Source: Acholeplasmataceae bacterium (lineage in GTDB: Bacteria; Bacillota_I; Bacilli_A; Acholeplasmatales; Acholeplasmataceae). From it: a stretch of 64,000 nt of DNA. Of this stretch, positions 50,034-61,960 are shown in pieces. The DNA is taken from positions 64,001 through 128,000 of the forward strand of contig OY763415.1 in assembly GCA_963667565.1 (NCBI GenBank), given 5' to 3'. The translations under genes were made by a program, and so were the position numbers. Within the stretch, counting starts at the first letter, position 1. The number at the start of each line of letters is the position of its first letter. The notes beneath the pieces were generated by a model. It did not search any database. It saw only the letters and a program-made list of their open reading frames with translations, and was not told the DNA's origin.

Positions 50034-51489
50034 AATTTAAAGTAAGTGATTTAAATGTATTTCCAACGATAACTTTTAACACATCAATTGCACTATAAAG
50101 TTTTTCGCCAGGCTTTAAGAAATCGAGAAGATAGAGAAGATCATCACCAGCTGTAATGATAGGTGGTTCACTTGTACCATCACTTTTTTGTTGGCCAAAA
50201 CCAATGGTTGACATAAGACCATTGCACAAACATTTTCTGCCAACAGTATCTTTAATATCTCCACCTTTTTTTACATAAGCTTCAACAGGTTCAGAGGGAC
50301 AACGATATCCAATATCACCATTATCTTTTCGATAGGCTTCTCTTAAATATCCAATATCACAAATGCGTTTTCTTTCTTGATATGTTTTTTCATCACCTGT
50401 CGTATCTTTAAGATTAACGACTTTAAATGGAAAACCAGTAGGAGAAGCAAGTAAGTCTGTTTTAACTTTGGCAATACCTTTTTTTAAGGCATCTATAATA
50501 CGTTCTTTAAGTGATCTTGACATACCAGATTCCCTACTTAACGCGAAAGCAGTGCCAACTTGTATACCTACTGCGCCTGCTGCTTTAGCATCGAGATAGG
50601 CTTGATGGTGACCATAGCCACCTGCAAGCCAGAAGGGAAGGCCAATTTTTTTTAGAACTTCTAAATCAACAACATCTTTATCTGTATAAATGGGTTCTCC
50701 ATCATCAGATAAAGATAATTGACCTCGTGGTGGTGCATTATGTCCACCAGCAATCGGTTTTTCAATAATAAATCCATCAGGTGTACCAGATGTACTTCTT
50801 GATAAGTGTAATGCGAGGGTTGTTGAAGAGATGATCGCTAAAAATTTAGGTCTTTTAACTTCAACTAATCTTTCACCCTTGGCAAATGTGAGGGGATCAA
50901 AGAAAATTGACGTTGATTCACCTTCTAATTCGCCTGATACTTTGATTGGAAGCGAAGCTTTCAAACCTTTGGAAAATTGATCGAGTACTAATGGAATATG
51001 CTTAGGAATACCTGCACCCATAATGACATAATCCACACCAGCGAGCATCGCTCCGTAAAGTGAGGCTAATGTTGGTAATTGAATTTTTTCTAATAGATTA
51101 ATTCCTATGAGTCCTTGGTGCCCTTTTTTTGCTAAATAAACTTCTACGAAATTAGCAACAACCATCAGCTCAGTTAAATCATCAGATTGATTTACTGATG
51201 GCATTTCTATTTGTTTAAATCTATTTTTTAATCCTTCTAAATGACTGCTTGGTTGATATTTTTCTAAGATGCGATTTGCCATCTTTGGATATGGAAATGC
51301 ACGGAGTGCATCCTCATATGTTCTTCGTCCTTTTAGTACTTGTAAACGTCTTGCTAGAGTGGTTGCAACTGCTGTTCCTGAAACAACACCTAAATAACCA
51401 TGCATTGATACTGTTCTTGCAAGTTTAACACTTGAAACTCCAATGCCCATACCACCTTGAATAATTTCAGGTAATTTCTGTGTTTCCAT
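50032..51489 (-). CDS. Nitronate monooxygenase/FabK-superfamily flavoprotein with Cys-rich C-terminus
   Basis: IIQGGMGIGVS, AGGHNAPP, LAGGY, GIQVGTAF, CDIGYL...RCP...CLCNGL. Confidence 0.82.
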   Translation of the reverse strand: METQKLPEIIQGGMGIGVSSVKLARTVSMHGYLGVVSGTAVATTLARRLQVLKGRRTYEDALRAFPYPKMANRILEKYQPSSHLEGLKNRFKQIEMPSVNQSDDLTELMVVANFVEVYLAKKGHQGLIGINLLEKIQLPTLASLYGAMLAGVDYVIMGAGIPKHIPLVLDQFSKGLKASLPIKVSGELEGESTSIFFDPLTFAKGERLVEVKRPKFLAIISSTTLALHLSRSTSGTPDGFIIEKPIAGGHNAPPRGQLSLSDDGEPIYTDKDVVDLEVLKKIGLPFWLAGGYGHHQAYLDAKAAGAVGIQVGTAFALSRESGMSRSLKERIIDALKKGIAKVKTDLLASPTGFPFKVVNLKDTTGDEKTYQERKRICDIGYLREAYRKDNGDIGYRCPSEPVEAYVKKGGDIKDTVGRKCLCNGLMSTIGFGQQKSDGTSEPPIITAGDDLLYLLDFLKPGEKLYSAIDVLKVIVGNTFKSLTLN

Positions 51490-51668
51490 GAATTTCTCCT
51501 TTAATAGATAAAATATAAATTAGTTTGATATTCAAATTAAAAAGAACATATACATATCATATCACAAGAAAAACGAATTGCAACCGTGAAACACATTTTT
51601 ACACAATCAAAATAAAAACTCAGTTTATGAAAACTGAGTCTTTACTATATCAATTGATATTAAATTAT

Positions 51669-52106
51669 TTAAGCAATTGTAGCTGATAACATCCAAATGT
51701 GTTTATCAAATGAAGAGATAGAACCGATTAACAAATCAGCAGTTGCTTCATCACCTAAATCTTGAGCAACTTTTAATGCTTCTAAGAATTCAGCACGAAG
51801 TACTTTAAAATCACCTAATATATGCTTTACCATCGTTTTAGCATCTTCCTTGCCACTACCTTCTTGTAGTGTTGAAAGTTCTAGGTATTGTTTTAGATTA
51901 GAAACTGGTTCCCCACCAATCATTAACAATCTTTCCGCTACAGCATCATAAAGTTCATTGATTTCATCGTAGAGTTCTTCAAATTTAGCATGTAATGCAT
52001 AAAAATTAGGACCACTCACATACCAATGAAAATGATGTAGTTTTGTAAATAACACACTTAAATTAGCAACTTGCTTATTTAATTCTTGATATAATTTATT
52101 CATCAT
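51669..52106 (-). CDS. dps: Dps ferritin-like DNA protection protein
   Basis: KLHHFHWYVSG, LHAKFEELY, DAVAER, KHIWML. Confidence 0.93.
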   Translation of the reverse strand: MMNKLYQELNKQVANLSVLFTKLHHFHWYVSGPNFYALHAKFEELYDEINELYDAVAERLLMIGGEPVSNLKQYLELSTLQEGSGKEDAKTMVKHILGDFKVLRAEFLEALKVAQDLGDEATADLLIGSISSFDKHIWMLSATIA

Positions 52107-52214
52107 ATCCCACCTTTCTTTTCTACCTTCAGTATACCACTTTTTAAAAAATAATCCATAGCTATGCTATGGAAAATTATATTAAATTATGGTATGATAT
52201 AGCAGGTGATATAT

Positions 52215-53279
52215 ATGTTTGATAGACTCGAATTGATAGAAAAAAGATATCAAGAAATACAAGACTTGCTTTCAACAGGTACTGTTGAAGTCAAAGAAAT
52301 GACAAAATTATTAAAAGAAGCAAGCTCAATTCAAAGCGCAGTTGAGACTTTTCGTCTATATAAAGAAAAAGATGCAGAGTTAAAAGATTTAAAAGATATG
52401 CTTGAACTTGAATCAGATGATGAGATGATCATGATGGCAGAATCAGAAATTGAGAAACTAGAAGAACTTTTAGAAAAGACAGAAGAAGAATTAAAAATCT
52501 TATTACTTCCAAAAGATCCAAATGATGAGAAAAATGTTATTGTTGAAATCAAAGGTGCTGCTGGTGGTGATGAAGGTAATTTGTTTGCTGGTGACTTATT
52601 TAGAATGTATTCCAAATATGCTGAAACGATGCGATGGAAAATTGAAGTCTTAAATATGATGGAAGGTGCCATGGGTGGATTTACATCGATTGAATTTATG
52701 GTGTCTGGTGATCATGTCTATTCACAATTGAAATATGAATCAGGGACTCATCGTGTGCAAAGAGTGCCTCAAACAGAGTCTCAAGGTCGTATTCATACAT
52801 CGACCGCGACTGTTTTAGTCATGGCAGAAGCTGAGGATATTGAAATCGACATCAGCTGGAATGATATTCGGTTTGACACATTTAACTCAAGTGGTCCAGG
52901 TGGGCAATCTGTTAATACCACTAAATCAGCAGTTAGATTAACACATTTACCTACAGGTATAGCAGTTGCATGTCAAGAAGGTAAATCACAACATGAAAAT
53001 AAAGATAAAGCGTTCACGTTATTGAAGACTAGAATTTATGATAAATTTTTACAAGAGCAATTAAGTAAAGAAGAAGCTGAACGTCAGTCTTTGGTTGGAC
53101 GTGGCGATCGTAGTGAAAAAATTAGAACTTACAATTATCCACAAAATCGTGTAACTGATCATAGAATCGGACTTACTATTCAAAGATTAGATGCGATTAT
53201 GGAAGGTAGATTAGAACTTATTTTAGATGACTTAATCAACGAATTCCAAAAGCGTCAATTATTAGGAGAAACCAAGTGA
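52215..53279 (+). CDS. prfA: Peptide chain release factor 1
   Basis: [10 protein letters not shown] (PxT), GPGGQ, RTYNYPQ. Confidence 0.97.
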   Translation: MFDRLELIEKRYQEIQDLLSTGTVEVKEMTKLLKEASSIQSAVETFRLYKEKDAELKDLKDMLELESDDEMIMMAESEIEKLEELLEKTEEELKILLLPKDPNDEKNVIVEIKGAAGGDEGNLFAGDLFRMYSKYAETMRWKIEVLNMMEGAMGGFTSIEFMVSGDHVYSQLKYESGTHRVQRVPQTESQGRIHTSTATVLVMAEAEDIEIDISWNDIRFDTFNSSGPGGQSVNTTKSAVRLTHLPTGIAVACQEGKSQHENKDKAFTLLKTRIYDKFLQEQLSKEEAERQSLVGRGDRSEKIRTYNYPQNRVTDHRIGLTIQRLDAIMEGRLELILDDLINEFQKRQLLGETK

Positions 53280-54130
53280 CATACGAAACTTTATTAAAGA
53301 AAGTTTCTCAAATAGCGATTGATCACAACAAAGAAGTTGAAGCGATTAAATTATTACTGATGGAGCTCTCAAATTTAGAAGCACATCAGTTTTATTTAAA
53401 TCTCAAAGAAGAAGTACCACAATCATTTGAAGAAACATTTATAGAAAAATCTATGCTTTATATCAAAGAAGACATGCCTGTTCAACATATTTTAGGCTAT
53501 GCTTTTTTCTATGGGTATCAATTCATAGTTTCAAATGATGTTTTAATTCCTAGAGTAGAGACTGAACAACTTGTTGAAAACACACTTTTCTATTATGATA
53601 AATATTTTGACGGAAAAAAACTTAGAGTGCTAGATCTTGGCACAGGTAGTGGATGTATAGGTTTAACTTTAGCTAAAGAAGAAAAAAATCTCGATGTGAC
53701 TATTTCAGATGTATCTGAAAAAGCACTTGCGATTGCGAATAAGAATGCTCAAAAACTAGATGTCAATGTTCATAGTATATTAAGTAGTTGGTTCGACAAG
53801 ATTGATGGTAAATTTGATATGATTATTTCTAATCCACCATACATTCCAAGTGATGAAGATGTTGAAGCCATTGTTAAAAAAGAACCAGAAGTAGCACTTT
53901 ATGGTGGTCAATCAGGCACAGATTTCTATGAGTTAATATTAAGAGAAATTAAGCCCTTCCTAAACGATCGAGCACTCATTGGTTTTGAACATGGATATCA
54001 ACAAAAGAAGCGCATTTATGATTATGCAAAAACCTATTTTAAAGATGCTAAAATCATTCAACTTAAGGATTTACAAGGAAAAGACAGAATGACTTTTATT
54101 GGATTAGGTGGTGTTTTAGATGATGAATAA
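53276..54130 (+). CDS. prmC: Release factor glutamine methyltransferase
   Basis: [21 protein letters not shown]; follows prfA. Confidence 0.95.
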   Translation: MTYETLLKKVSQIAIDHNKEVEAIKLLLMELSNLEAHQFYLNLKEEVPQSFEETFIEKSMLYIKEDMPVQHILGYAFFYGYQFIVSNDVLIPRVETEQLVENTLFYYDKYFDGKKLRVLDLGTGSGCIGLTLAKEEKNLDVTISDVSEKALAIANKNAQKLDVNVHSILSSWFDKIDGKFDMIISNPPYIPSDEDVEAIVKKEPEVALYGGQSGTDFYELILREIKPFLNDRALIGFEHGYQQKKRIYDYAKTYFKDAKIIQLKDLQGKDRMTFIGLGGVLDDE

Positions 54131-54671
54131 TGGGGATTTAATCGTCATGCCAACAGATACGGTTTATGGCCTTGCTGCAAGACTTTATGATGAAGAAGCA
54201 TTAAAGAAAATCTATGAAGTTAAAGGTAGAGAACAATCCAAACAAATTCCATTGTTGATTTCTAATCTTGACCAGATTAAAGATATTGCAGTCTTTGATG
54301 AACACGTCAAAAAAATCATGGATCGTTTTTGGCCAGGTGCTCTTACCATTGTCATGGAAACTACACCTCGGTTTAAACAAAAAACCGGTGAGGATACAAT
54401 AGCGATTAGAATGCCAAAACATCCAAAAGCTTTAGAACTCATTGAGTTAAATGGCATATTAAGAGTGACCAGTTTAAATAAAAGTGGCGAACCACCTCTT
54501 GATGATATTAATGACATAAAAAAACAATTTGGTTCATTTGTGTCTCATATCTATCCACATGGTGATGTTTTAAAATCCCATGTCTCATCAACAGTGATGC
54601 AATATAAAAAACATGAAATAAAAATTTTAAGAGAAGGTATGATTACTTTAGAAGATTTAATGCAAGTTTGA
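54120..54671 (+). CDS. tsaC: L-threonylcarbamoyladenylate synthase (short TsaC/YrdC type)
   Basis: PTDTVYGL, KGR, FWPGALT, TSLNKSG. Confidence 0.88.
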   Translation: MMNNGDLIVMPTDTVYGLAARLYDEEALKKIYEVKGREQSKQIPLLISNLDQIKDIAVFDEHVKKIMDRFWPGALTIVMETTPRFKQKTGEDTIAIRMPKHPKALELIELNGILRVTSLNKSGEPPLDDINDIKKQFGSFVSHIYPHGDVLKSHVSSTVMQYKKHEIKILREGMITLEDLMQV

Positions 54672-54790
54672 TGAAAACTTGCATTTTATTTTTGTTTTAG
54701 TATACGTTATCATTTGTCTTTTATTCTTTTATAAAGAATATTTAATAAAAATGAGATATAATAGTAACGGTTATAATTAAGGAGACAAAC

Positions 54791-56611
54791 ATGGAAATTA
54801 GAAATATAGCAATTATCGCACACGTTGATCATGGAAAAACAACGCTTGTGAATCAATTATTAAAAGAAAGTGAAAAATTTGATGCTCACGTTGAATTAGG
54901 TGATCGTGTCTTAGATAGTAACGATATTGAAAGAGAACGTGGTATTACCATCTTAGCAAAAAACACAGCAATCATTTATAAAAACATTAGAATTAATATT
55001 CTAGATACACCAGGTCACGCTGACTTTGGTGGAGAAGTAGAAAGAATCATGCACATGGTTGATGGTGTTCTACTTTTAGTGGATGCTTATGAAGGCGTCA
55101 TGCCACAAACAAGATTTGTATTAAAAAAAGCTCTAGAAGCACATTTATTCCCAATTGTAGTGGTCAATAAAATTGATAGAGAATTTGCAGATATTAATAA
55201 AACAGTCAATGAAGTCTATGACTTGTTTATTGATTTAGGTGCAGATGATCATCAATTGGAATTTCCTGTATTATATGCATCCGGATTACATGGTTTATCA
55301 AGTTATGAACCTAAATTAAATCCTCATGTTAAAATGACACCTATTTTGGATACTATTATCGAAAGTCTTCCAAATCCAGAACAAGAAGTTGAAAAACCTT
55401 TCATTTTCCAACCGGCGTTAATTGACTACAATGACTATGTTGGACGTATGGGGATTGGTAAAATATATCAAGGTACAGTATCGATTAACGATATGGTTTC
55501 TTGTCTTAGAGCGGATGGTACTAAAGTTGATTTTAGAGTACAAAAGCTTTATCAATCCATTGGTATAGATAAAGTGGAAGTTAAATCTGCATCTGCAGGA
55601 GATATCGTATCGATTGCAGGGTTACCTGACATCCATGTTGGTGAAACGGTATGTGATCCTCTAAACGAGGAACGTTTACCTCTTTTACATGTTGATGAAC
55701 CAACAGTGCAAATGACATTTCTGACTAACAATTCTCCATTTGCTGGTAAAGAAGGTAAACATGTCACTGCATCTAAAATTGAGGAACGTTTAAATAAAGA
55801 ATTACAAAAAGATGTGAGTTTAAAAGTTGAAAGACTTGGAAAAAGCGAAGCATGGATTGTTTCTGGTCGTGGTGAACTTCACTTAGGCATCTTGATTGAA
55901 AATATGCGTAGAGAAGGTTTTGAATTTCAAGTGTCAAGACCAAGAGTCATTATTAAAGAAGTTAATGGTGTTAACTGTGAACCATATGAAGAAGTTCAAG
56001 TTGACCTACCAACTGATTATATGGGTCAAGTGATGGAAATGCTTGGAGAGCGCAGAGGTGATTTAGTCACGATGCATCAAGCAAAAGATTACTCAAGATT
56101 ACATTATGTGATGCCTTCAAGAGGCCTTATTGGATTTGTTACACAGTTTCTAACTGCAACTAAAGGATATGGTATTTTATCTCATATATTCTTAGACTAT
56201 AGACCGATGATTTCTGAATCAGTGGGAAATAGAAGAACAGGATCACTAGTATCTATGAACAACGGTATGACTACAGCATATGCGATTGGTAGACTAGAGG
56301 ATAGAGGAACCATGTTTATTGATCCTAGAACTGATGTTTATGAAGGTATGATTATTGGTGAATCGAATAAAGATACCGATATGGTTGTTAACGTGACTCA
56401 AGCAAAACAATTATCAAACATGAGATCTGCGGGTAAAGATTCAACGGTTGTTTTAAAGAAGCCTAGAGAAATGAACTTAGAAGCATGTTTAGCATTTATC
56501 AATGATGATGAACTTATTGAAATTACACCTAAAAATATCAGATTAAGAAAAACAATCTTAACTGCACTTGAAAGAAAAAAAGCAAACTATCAATCACAAC
56601 GTGATGAATAG
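54791..56611 (+). CDS. typA: Translational GTPase TypA/BipA
   Basis: RNIAIIAHVDHGKTT, ITILAKN, GRGELHL. Confidence 0.96.
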   Translation: MEIRNIAIIAHVDHGKTTLVNQLLKESEKFDAHVELGDRVLDSNDIERERGITILAKNTAIIYKNIRINILDTPGHADFGGEVERIMHMVDGVLLLVDAYEGVMPQTRFVLKKALEAHLFPIVVVNKIDREFADINKTVNEVYDLFIDLGADDHQLEFPVLYASGLHGLSSYEPKLNPHVKMTPILDTIIESLPNPEQEVEKPFIFQPALIDYNDYVGRMGIGKIYQGTVSINDMVSCLRADGTKVDFRVQKLYQSIGIDKVEVKSASAGDIVSIAGLPDIHVGETVCDPLNEERLPLLHVDEPTVQMTFLTNNSPFAGKEGKHVTASKIEERLNKELQKDVSLKVERLGKSEAWIVSGRGELHLGILIENMRREGFEFQVSRPRVIIKEVNGVNCEPYEEVQVDLPTDYMGQVMEMLGERRGDLVTMHQAKDYSRLHYVMPSRGLIGFVTQFLTATKGYGILSHIFLDYRPMISESVGNRRTGSLVSMNNGMTTAYAIGRLEDRGTMFIDPRTDVYEGMIIGESNKDTDMVVNVTQAKQLSNMRSAGKDSTVVLKKPREMNLEACLAFINDDELIEITPKNIRLRKTILTALERKKANYQSQRDE

Positions 56612-56689
56612 TTAAAAGAATTGACATATTTAACATAAAAATCTTTATATTATTATGTTATAATATAAAAAGATGAACAGGAGGGTATT

Positions 56690-57127
56690 ATGAAAATAGC
56701 AATCGCAAGTGATCATGCCGGATTTGAACTTAAAGAATTGGTTAAAACACATTTAATAAGTGAAGGTGATGAGGTTACAGATTTAGGGACTTATTCTCTA
56801 GATTCAGTAGATTATCCAGATTATGGAAAAAAACTTGGGGAAGCAGTTGTCAAAGACCCTTTTGATTTTGGTATCGCTATTTGTGGTACAGGCATTGGCA
56901 TTAGTATTGCAGCAAATAAAGTTGACGGTGTGAGAGCCGCTTTAGTTTATGATGTTAATACTGCTGAACTTGCTAAAAAACATAACAACGCAAACGTCAT
57001 CGCCTTTGGTGGAAGAACAACACTTAAAGAAGATGCATTTGATATGGTTGATGTATTTAAAAAAACGAGTTTTGAAGAAAGACATCAAAAACGATTAGAT
57101 AAAATTAAAGAAATCGAGGAATCTTGA
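56690..57127 (+). CDS. rpiB: Ribose-5-phosphate isomerase B
   Basis: ASDHAG, CGTGIG, HNNAN. Confidence 0.93.
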   Translation: MKIAIASDHAGFELKELVKTHLISEGDEVTDLGTYSLDSVDYPDYGKKLGEAVVKDPFDFGIAICGTGIGISIAANKVDGVRAALVYDVNTAELAKKHNNANVIAFGGRTTLKEDAFDMVDVFKKTSFEERHQKRLDKIKEIEES

Positions 57128-57128
57128 A

Positions 57129-57755
57129 ATGAGTAAATTGTTGGTTTTAAAACACCCTTTAATTGATCATAAGATGGCAAAGATTAGAGATAAGAACACT
57201 GGAACAAAAGAGTTTAGAGAAAGCGTCTCTGAAGTTGGTGGACTTATCACTTATGAAATCACAAGAGATCTTGAAACCGTTCCTAAAACAATCACAACAC
57301 CTATTTGTGAAACTACAGTTTATGAACTTAAAAAACAAGTGGTGATTGTGCCTATTTTAAGAGCTGGTTTGGGTATGGTAGAAGGAATTCATAATTTAAT
57401 TCCAACGGCTAAAATTGGTCATGTCGGATTATATCGTGATGAAGAAACTTTAGAACCACAAGTTTATTACAAGAAATTTCCTGAAGGTATAAAAGATAGT
57501 GTTGTTTTAGTCGTTGATCCGATGCTTGCAACTGCAGGATCAGCATCAAAAGCAATTAGTATCGTAAAAGAGACAGGTGCATCCGACATCAGATATGTAG
57601 GTTTAGTAGGTTGTCCTGAAGGCGTCGAAAGATTACAAAAAGATCATCCAGATGTTGCCATTTATCTTGCTGCATTAGATTCTCATCTTAATGAAGTGGG
57701 TTATATCGTACCAGGATTGGGAGATTGTGGGGATCGTTTATTTGGAACCAAATAA
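57129..57755 (+). CDS. upp: Uracil phosphoribosyltransferase
   Basis: [23 protein letters not shown]. Confidence 0.97.
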   Translation: MSKLLVLKHPLIDHKMAKIRDKNTGTKEFRESVSEVGGLITYEITRDLETVPKTITTPICETTVYELKKQVVIVPILRAGLGMVEGIHNLIPTAKIGHVGLYRDEETLEPQVYYKKFPEGIKDSVVLVVDPMLATAGSASKAISIVKETGASDIRYVGLVGCPEGVERLQKDHPDVAIYLAALDSHLNEVGYIVPGLGDCGDRLFGTK

Positions 57756-57999
57756 AAAAACAGATTACAAAAAAGTAAGAAAAACACTTTTTGCTTATAC
57801 TATGATTTTTCAAATGGTATTCACCATTGTAGGTCTCGCATTTATAGGTTATTTCATTGGTGATTATTTTTATCCAGAAACAGATATCAATTTGATTTTA
57901 ACTGGTGTGGGTACAATATTAGGTATGGTTTTAAGTGTGATGTCATTTATTCAATTTCTTAAAAGGGAGGAAATCTATGAAAAACATCGTCATCATTAA
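57742..57999 (+). CDS. AtpZ/AtpI-family small membrane protein (start uncertain)
   Basis: Two TMs with GYFIGDYF; first gene of the atp operon; TTG start chosen. Confidence 0.65.
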   Translation: MEPNKKTDYKKVRKTLFAYTMIFQMVFTIVGLAFIGYFIGDYFYPETDINLILTGVGTILGMVLSVMSFIQFLKREEIYEKHRHH

Positions 58000-58393
58000 T
58001 TGGATTGGTATTTTATATAGTATCGTTGTTTCAGTCGTGACACTGATATTTTTCAATGATTACACTTCTTGGGTTGTTTTAGGAGCTGTGACTGCATTAT
58101 TTAATCACAGTTTATTAATTCGTTTTACAAAGACTCAAATTATTAAAGAAGTTGTCTATTTACTCATTGTTTTCAAATTTGTTATTTATTTAATTGTGTT
58201 AGGTTTTATGTTCTTCTTGTTAAGAGAAGATTCAGATATTTTAATGAAGAGTTATATTTTCTTCTTAGTTGGTGCAATCAATATTAAATTTGGTATTATG
58301 TTCTTCCATTTACCATTTAAGAAATTTAAATCACTAAGAGAAGAAGAAAAGAAACTTAAGGAAGGTGAAGATCTTGATACAGACATTTCTTGA
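57977..58393 (+). CDS. atpI: ATP synthase protein I
   Basis: 4-TM protein directly before atpB. Confidence 0.7.
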   Translation: MKNIVIINWIGILYSIVVSVVTLIFFNDYTSWVVLGAVTALFNHSLLIRFTKTQIIKEVVYLLIVFKFVIYLIVLGFMFFLLREDSDILMKSYIFFLVGAINIKFGIMFFHLPFKKFKSLREEEKKLKEGEDLDTDIS

Positions 58394-59066
58394 TGATCTG
58401 CTAAGTGTCTTAAAGAACCCACCAGGATATTTTGTTACCTCAGTCATTATCATGAGTGCGATCATCTTGTTCTCAATTATCGTTGGTACAAAAGTAAGCA
58501 AAATGAATCCAAAAGATAAACCAGGAAAAGGATTGTCTTTAGTCATTAGTGCGATTGGTGGATTTAACAATTTAGTTAAAGAAGTCATTGGAAAACACTG
58601 GAGAGTCATTACTCCAATTGTATTATCGCTTGCGATGTATATTTTTATTTCCAATATTTCTGGGGTTACAGGTATTACAACAACACCTACTAAATTTAGT
58701 GCAATTACATTTAGTTTATCAATCATTGCAGTAACAACCATTCAAATGATGGGATTTATCTCAAAAGGATGGGCACACATCAAAAGTATTTTTGAACCCG
58801 TACCATTCATTGCACCACTTAATATCATTGGTGAAATCACACCACTGATCTCATTAGCATTACGTCTATTTGGGAATATTGCAAGTGGATCACTCATCAT
58901 GTTCTTAATTTACAAACTTTCTGGATGGGCATCGCTACTTATTGCACCAGCATTCCATTTAGTGTTTGATATTGGCTTTGGACTCATCCAAACCATCGTA
59001 TTTGTATTGTTAACACTCATTTTATCATCAACTAAAATTGATGAAAATGATTTAGATTATGTATAA
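58365..59066 (+). CDS. atpB: ATP synthase subunit a
   Basis: SLALRLFGN, GLIQTIVF. Confidence 0.93.
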   Translation: MKILIQTFLDDLLSVLKNPPGYFVTSVIIMSAIILFSIIVGTKVSKMNPKDKPGKGLSLVISAIGGFNNLVKEVIGKHWRVITPIVLSLAMYIFISNISGVTGITTTPTKFSAITFSLSIIAVTTIQMMGFISKGWAHIKSIFEPVPFIAPLNIIGEITPLISLALRLFGNIASGSLIMFLIYKLSGWASLLIAPAFHLVFDIGFGLIQTIVFVLLTLILSSTKIDENDLDYV

Positions 59067-59084
59067 AAAAAGGAGAAAATAAAA

Positions 59085-59372
59085 ATGTTAATTGATTTAT
59101 TTAATCACGTATTATCAGTATTTCCAAATGTTTTAGAACTTACTGGTGACTTAAGTTCAGGTTTAGCTTATTTAGGTGCTGGGATTGCCGTATTAACTGG
59201 TTTTGGTTCTGGTATCGGTCAAGGGATTGCTGCTGGTAGAGCTGCAGAAGCTGTTGGTAGACAACCAGAAGCACAAGGTAAAATCCAAATGACAATGATC
59301 ATTGGTCAAGGGATTGCTGAATCAACAGGTATTTACGGATTTATTATTGCGTTTATCTTATTATCAAAATAA
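59085..59372 (+). CDS. atpE: ATP synthase subunit c (Na+-type signature)
   Basis: GIGQG, RQPE, AESTGIY. Confidence 0.96.
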   Translation: MLIDLFNHVLSVFPNVLELTGDLSSGLAYLGAGIAVLTGFGSGIGQGIAAGRAAEAVGRQPEAQGKIQMTMIIGQGIAESTGIYGFIIAFILLSK

Positions 59373-59391
59373 AAAAAAGGGATTGATTTAA

Positions 59392-59940
59392 GTGTTAAAA
59401 GATATTTTTGAAGAAGCTTCACAGGCAATTCAAGACGGCTTAAATTCTATCGTATTGCACCCCTCTGTCGTTTTACTTAACGTCATAGTCTTTTTGATTA
59501 TGCTGTTTTTTGTAAAACATTTTTTATGGGGTAAAATCACGCTTTTTCTTGAACAAAGACAACAAGCACTCACTGAAGAATTTGATAAAGCAAGCGAAGA
59601 ACGTCAAAATGCGCAAGCATTAGAACAAAAAGCAATTAGTGAATATGAAAGAATGAAAGCTGAAACAGATAGCTTAAAATCTAAATTAACACAAGATGCT
59701 TATAAGCAACAAGAAAAACTGATTGAAGAAGCTAAAAAAGAAGCAAAACATCGTATTGAACAAGCAGATAAAGATATTGAATATGAAATTCAAAGAGCAA
59801 ATGAAGATATTAGACAATCTATTAAAGAGATTGCTTTTGCAGCTGCAGAAAAAATTGTTAAAAGAGAAATCAATCAAGACGAACATAATGATATCATTGA
59901 TGAACTCATCGAAGAAAGAGATGATTTAAAGCATGAATAG
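59392..59940 (+). CDS. atpF: ATP synthase subunit b
   Basis: N-terminal TM plus coiled coil, AAEKI. Confidence 0.92.
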   Translation: MLKDIFEEASQAIQDGLNSIVLHPSVVLLNVIVFLIMLFFVKHFLWGKITLFLEQRQQALTEEFDKASEERQNAQALEQKAISEYERMKAETDSLKSKLTQDAYKQQEKLIEEAKKEAKHRIEQADKDIEYEIQRANEDIRQSIKEIAFAAAEKIVKREINQDEHNDIIDELIEERDDLKHE

Positions 59941-60439
59941 TTATGCAAAAGCGTTAATGGAAATTGCAATTGCAAACAACACCTTAGATCAAATCAGTTA
60001 TGAATTTGATGAATTAAACGAAGCTGTCTTTAGTAACAGAAAATGGTTAGATGTCATGAATTCACCGATGTTAGATGATGAACAAAAAATCAAAAACATC
60101 GATCAATTAGATTTAAACAAACATCTTGCGACCATGTTAAAAATGCTAGCAACTTCTAAACAAATGGATCTTTATGATCACATATATCCTGAATGGGTAA
60201 GAATGATTCGTGAAAAAAACAATGTAGCACATATTAATGTCTATACTGTAAAAGAACTCACAAAAGAACAAATTGAAGCACTTTCTAAAAAACTTCAACC
60301 AAGATTTAAAAATCAAACGATAGAAATACATGTCAAAGTTAGAGATAATTTAATAGGCGGTATAAGAATGGTCCATGAAGGACAATCACTTGACCATTCC
60401 ATTGCACGTGAACTAGAAGAATTATTCATGACATTATAA
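59933..60439 (+). CDS. atpH: ATP synthase subunit delta
   Basis: YAKAL, LIGG, DHSI; operon position. Confidence 0.9.
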   Translation: MNSYAKALMEIAIANNTLDQISYEFDELNEAVFSNRKWLDVMNSPMLDDEQKIKNIDQLDLNKHLATMLKMLATSKQMDLYDHIYPEWVRMIREKNNVAHINVYTVKELTKEQIEALSKKLQPRFKNQTIEIHVKVRDNLIGGIRMVHEGQSLDHSIARELEELFMTL

Positions 60440-60451
60440 GGTGGTGAGAAA

Positions 60452-61960
60452 ATGGCTAAACTCAAAGTTAAAGAAATGACAGAAGTCATTAAACAACAAA
60501 TAGAATCATTTGAAAAAGATGTTAAATTAGAAAATATAGGTAGAGTCCTTTCAGTTGGTGATGGGATTGCAATCGTATATGGTATTGGACAAGCAATGAT
60601 GGGTGAGTTGCTTGATTTTCCTCATGGTGTTAAAGGTTTAGTATTTAACCTTGAAGAAGATCAAGTAGGGGTTATCTTACTTGGAAAAACAGATTTAATT
60701 AAAGAAGGCGACATGGTAAAAACAACCAAAAGAATTTTCGAAGTTCCAGTTGGTGATGCATTACTAGGACGTGTCGTTAACCCACTAGGTGAACCACTTG
60801 ATGGTTTAGGACCTATTGATACAAAAGATTTTCTACCGGTAGAAAGAAAAGCTAGAGGCGTTATGGCTCGTGGTGGTATTAATCAATCTATGGAAACAGG
60901 GATTAAAGTCATTGATGCTTTAGTGCCCATTGGTAGAGGACAAAGAGAATTAATCATTGGTGATAGACAAACAGGAAAAACTACTTTAGCGATTGATGCG
61001 ATTATTAATCAAAAAGGTAAAGATGTTTTATGCGTCTATGTTGCCATTGGACAAAAAGACTCAAGTGTATCCGCACTTGTTAAATTATTAAGCCAAAAAG
61101 GTGCACTTGATTATACAATCGTTGTCAATGCTGGTGCATCAAAAGAAGGTACATTATTATACCTTGCACCATTTGCTGGTGTTACAATGGCTGAATACTT
61201 CATGGAACAAGGTAAAGATGTTTTGGTCGTTTATGATGATTTATCAAAACATGCTGTTGCATACCGTGAATTATCATTATTGTTAAGAAGACCTCCAGGA
61301 AGAGAAGCATATCCAGGGGATGTTTTCTACTTACACTCAAGATTATTAGAACGTGCTGCTAAGTTAAATAAAGCACTTGGTGGTGGGTCAATTACTGCAC
61401 TTCCAATTATTGAAACAAAAGCAGGCGATATTTCTGCATATATTCCAACCAATGTTATTTCAATTACAGATGGTCAAATTTTCCTAGAAGCTGAATTATT
61501 TTATTCAGGTGTAAGACCAGCGATTAATGCTGGTTTATCCGTATCACGTGTTGGTGGTGCCGCTCAATGGAAAGGTATGAAAAAAGTTGCAGGTACATTA
61601 CGTATTAACCTTGCAAACTATAGAGAACTTGAATCATTTGCACAATTTGGTTCAGATTTAGACCAAAGCGCGAAACGTCGTTTGGAACGTGGACGTAAGA
61701 CTGTTGAGATTTTAAAACAAGATGTTCATGAACTTATTGAAATGCCAACTCAAATTGTAACGATTTATGCACTTTCAACAGGTTTAATGGATGATCTTAA
61801 TTTAGAACAAGTCGTTCAACTACAAGCTGAAATTACTCAAGGTCTACATATGAATGATTTAGGTAAGAAACTATATCAAACATTAATTGAAACAAAAGCT
61901 TTACCTGATAGTAAAGACTTAGATACATTTATTAAATCGTTGAAGAAGGTTTTAAGATGA
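60452..61960 (+). CDS. atpA: ATP synthase subunit alpha
   Basis: [17 protein letters not shown]. Confidence 0.98.
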   Translation: MAKLKVKEMTEVIKQQIESFEKDVKLENIGRVLSVGDGIAIVYGIGQAMMGELLDFPHGVKGLVFNLEEDQVGVILLGKTDLIKEGDMVKTTKRIFEVPVGDALLGRVVNPLGEPLDGLGPIDTKDFLPVERKARGVMARGGINQSMETGIKVIDALVPIGRGQRELIIGDRQTGKTTLAIDAIINQKGKDVLCVYVAIGQKDSSVSALVKLLSQKGALDYTIVVNAGASKEGTLLYLAPFAGVTMAEYFMEQGKDVLVVYDDLSKHAVAYRELSLLLRRPPGREAYPGDVFYLHSRLLERAAKLNKALGGGSITALPIIETKAGDISAYIPTNVISITDGQIFLEAELFYSGVRPAINAGLSVSRVGGAAQWKGMKKVAGTLRINLANYRELESFAQFGSDLDQSAKRRLERGRKTVEILKQDVHELIEMPTQIVTIYALSTGLMDDLNLEQVVQLQAEITQGLHMNDLGKKLYQTLIETKALPDSKDLDTFIKSLKKVLR

